Shown piece by piece: positions 35,603 to 36,184 of a stretch of DNA of 36,184 bases. The stretch is taken from positions 1 through 36,184 of the forward strand of contig JBJLBW010000018.1 in the NCBI GenBank assembly GCA_045568015.1, written 5' to 3'. The notes beneath the pieces are model-generated. The model was not told where the DNA came from and did not search any database. It worked only from the letters and a program-made list of their open reading frames with translations. Positions within the stretch are counted from its first letter, which is position 1. Each line of letters begins with the position of its first letter. The DNA comes from Candidatus Poseidoniales archaeon. GTDB taxonomy: Archaea > Thermoplasmatota > Poseidoniia > Poseidoniales > Thalassarchaeaceae. Both the position numbers and the translations under genes were made by a program.

Positions 35603-36172
35603 TCAAAGGTCCGCCAATTCACTGAGGTAGAGGATTCTCATGCTGTGCTCAAAGGCCGCAGCATGACCCCAGGCTTCCAACAAATCAGCACCCAATGCGT
35701 ACACTCCGTGGCCTCGCGCGACGAACAACTTGTTCCCTGTTTGCTTGAGGGCTTCTGTAATTTCAACAAGATATCCTTCCATGTCATCATACTGGACGTC
35801 GACAATGGTGGCGCGACCATAATTTGAGCGGCCTTCGAAATCGCTAGGAACCAATGCGTAACGATCTTTCTCAAGGCTCAATGTAGTCGTGTAGGGAGCG
35901 GCAACATGTACACACGCACCTCGGCCTTCGTTCTCTAGACTCGCGATGGCCAAGGCAACGCTGTGAATCTGCCAATCTTCACTGGCCCGATTGGGGGCTG
36001 CATCACCTAAGCGACCTGTGATCAAATCTGATTCATTCATCAATCCGAGAGCTGCTCCCTCGCGTGTAATGTGTACCAGCCCGGGGGACTGTGTGGAAAG
36101 GAGGCTGAATGACCCGGTTGTGCCATGTAGCAAGCGTTCTTTGTGCAACTGTCGCCCAAGTGTTGCGAACAT
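35603..36172 (-). CDS. Class II aldolase/adducin-fold protein (degenerate metal site); may extend beyond the window
   Basis: GTTGSFS, ITREG, W..H, CVHVAAPYTT and ARGHGVYALG.DLLEA...AAAFEHS. The frame stays open upstream of the ATG to the window edge. Confidence 0.8.
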   Translation of the reverse strand: MFATLGRQLHKERLLHGTTGSFSLLSTQSPGLVHITREGAALGLMNESDLITGRLGDAAPNRASEDWQIHSVALAIASLENEGRGACVHVAAPYTTTLSLEKDRYALVPSDFEGRSNYGRATIVDVQYDDMEGYLVEITEALKQTGNKLFVARGHGVYALGADLLEAWGHAAAFEHSMRILYLSELADL

Positions 36173-36184
36173 CCCTACAATCTC

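Noticed and set aside
1-36184. CRISPR array, rRNA, transposase, intein, and the many short antisense ORFs
   Set aside because: No regularly spaced direct repeats or such signatures were seen. Top6 and RFC lengths leave no room for inteins. The short ORFs lie opposite or inside well-supported genes.

Overview
This is a gene-dense archaeal chromosomal segment. TFB, topoisomerase VI A/B, RpoP, an RFC small-subunit-like ATPase, split GMP synthase subunit A and GGTGA-type ribosome-binding sites all point to archaea. The mix of these core genes with bacterial-type genes (RNase HI, a PlsC/GPAT-like acyltransferase, a scramblase) and large acidic surface proteins suggests Marine Group II Euryarchaeota (Ca. 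Poseidoniales); this assignment is an inference. It holds about 30 CDSs and one tRNA-Arg(CCU), with no CRISPR array, integrase or transposase seen. Most notable: (1) a 1671-aa type-I membrane protein with an integrin-alpha-like layout (seven beta-propeller-type repeats, a MIDAS vWA domain inserted in repeat 4, about six Ig-like stalk domains, a TM helix and a short tail); (2) a full-length SdhA/FrdA-fold flavoprotein that has lost nearly all catalytic residues; (3) a translationally coupled pair of unknown paralogs abutting the tRNA; (4) a LeuD-LeuC-type fusion aconitase-family enzyme coupled to a Na+/solute symporter with an extra ectodomain; (5) a 48-aa RpoP gene missed by the ORF track; (6) an identical alternating-CG palindrome in two intergenic regions 24 kb apart. 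All family assignments come from motif recognition by eye; no searches were run.
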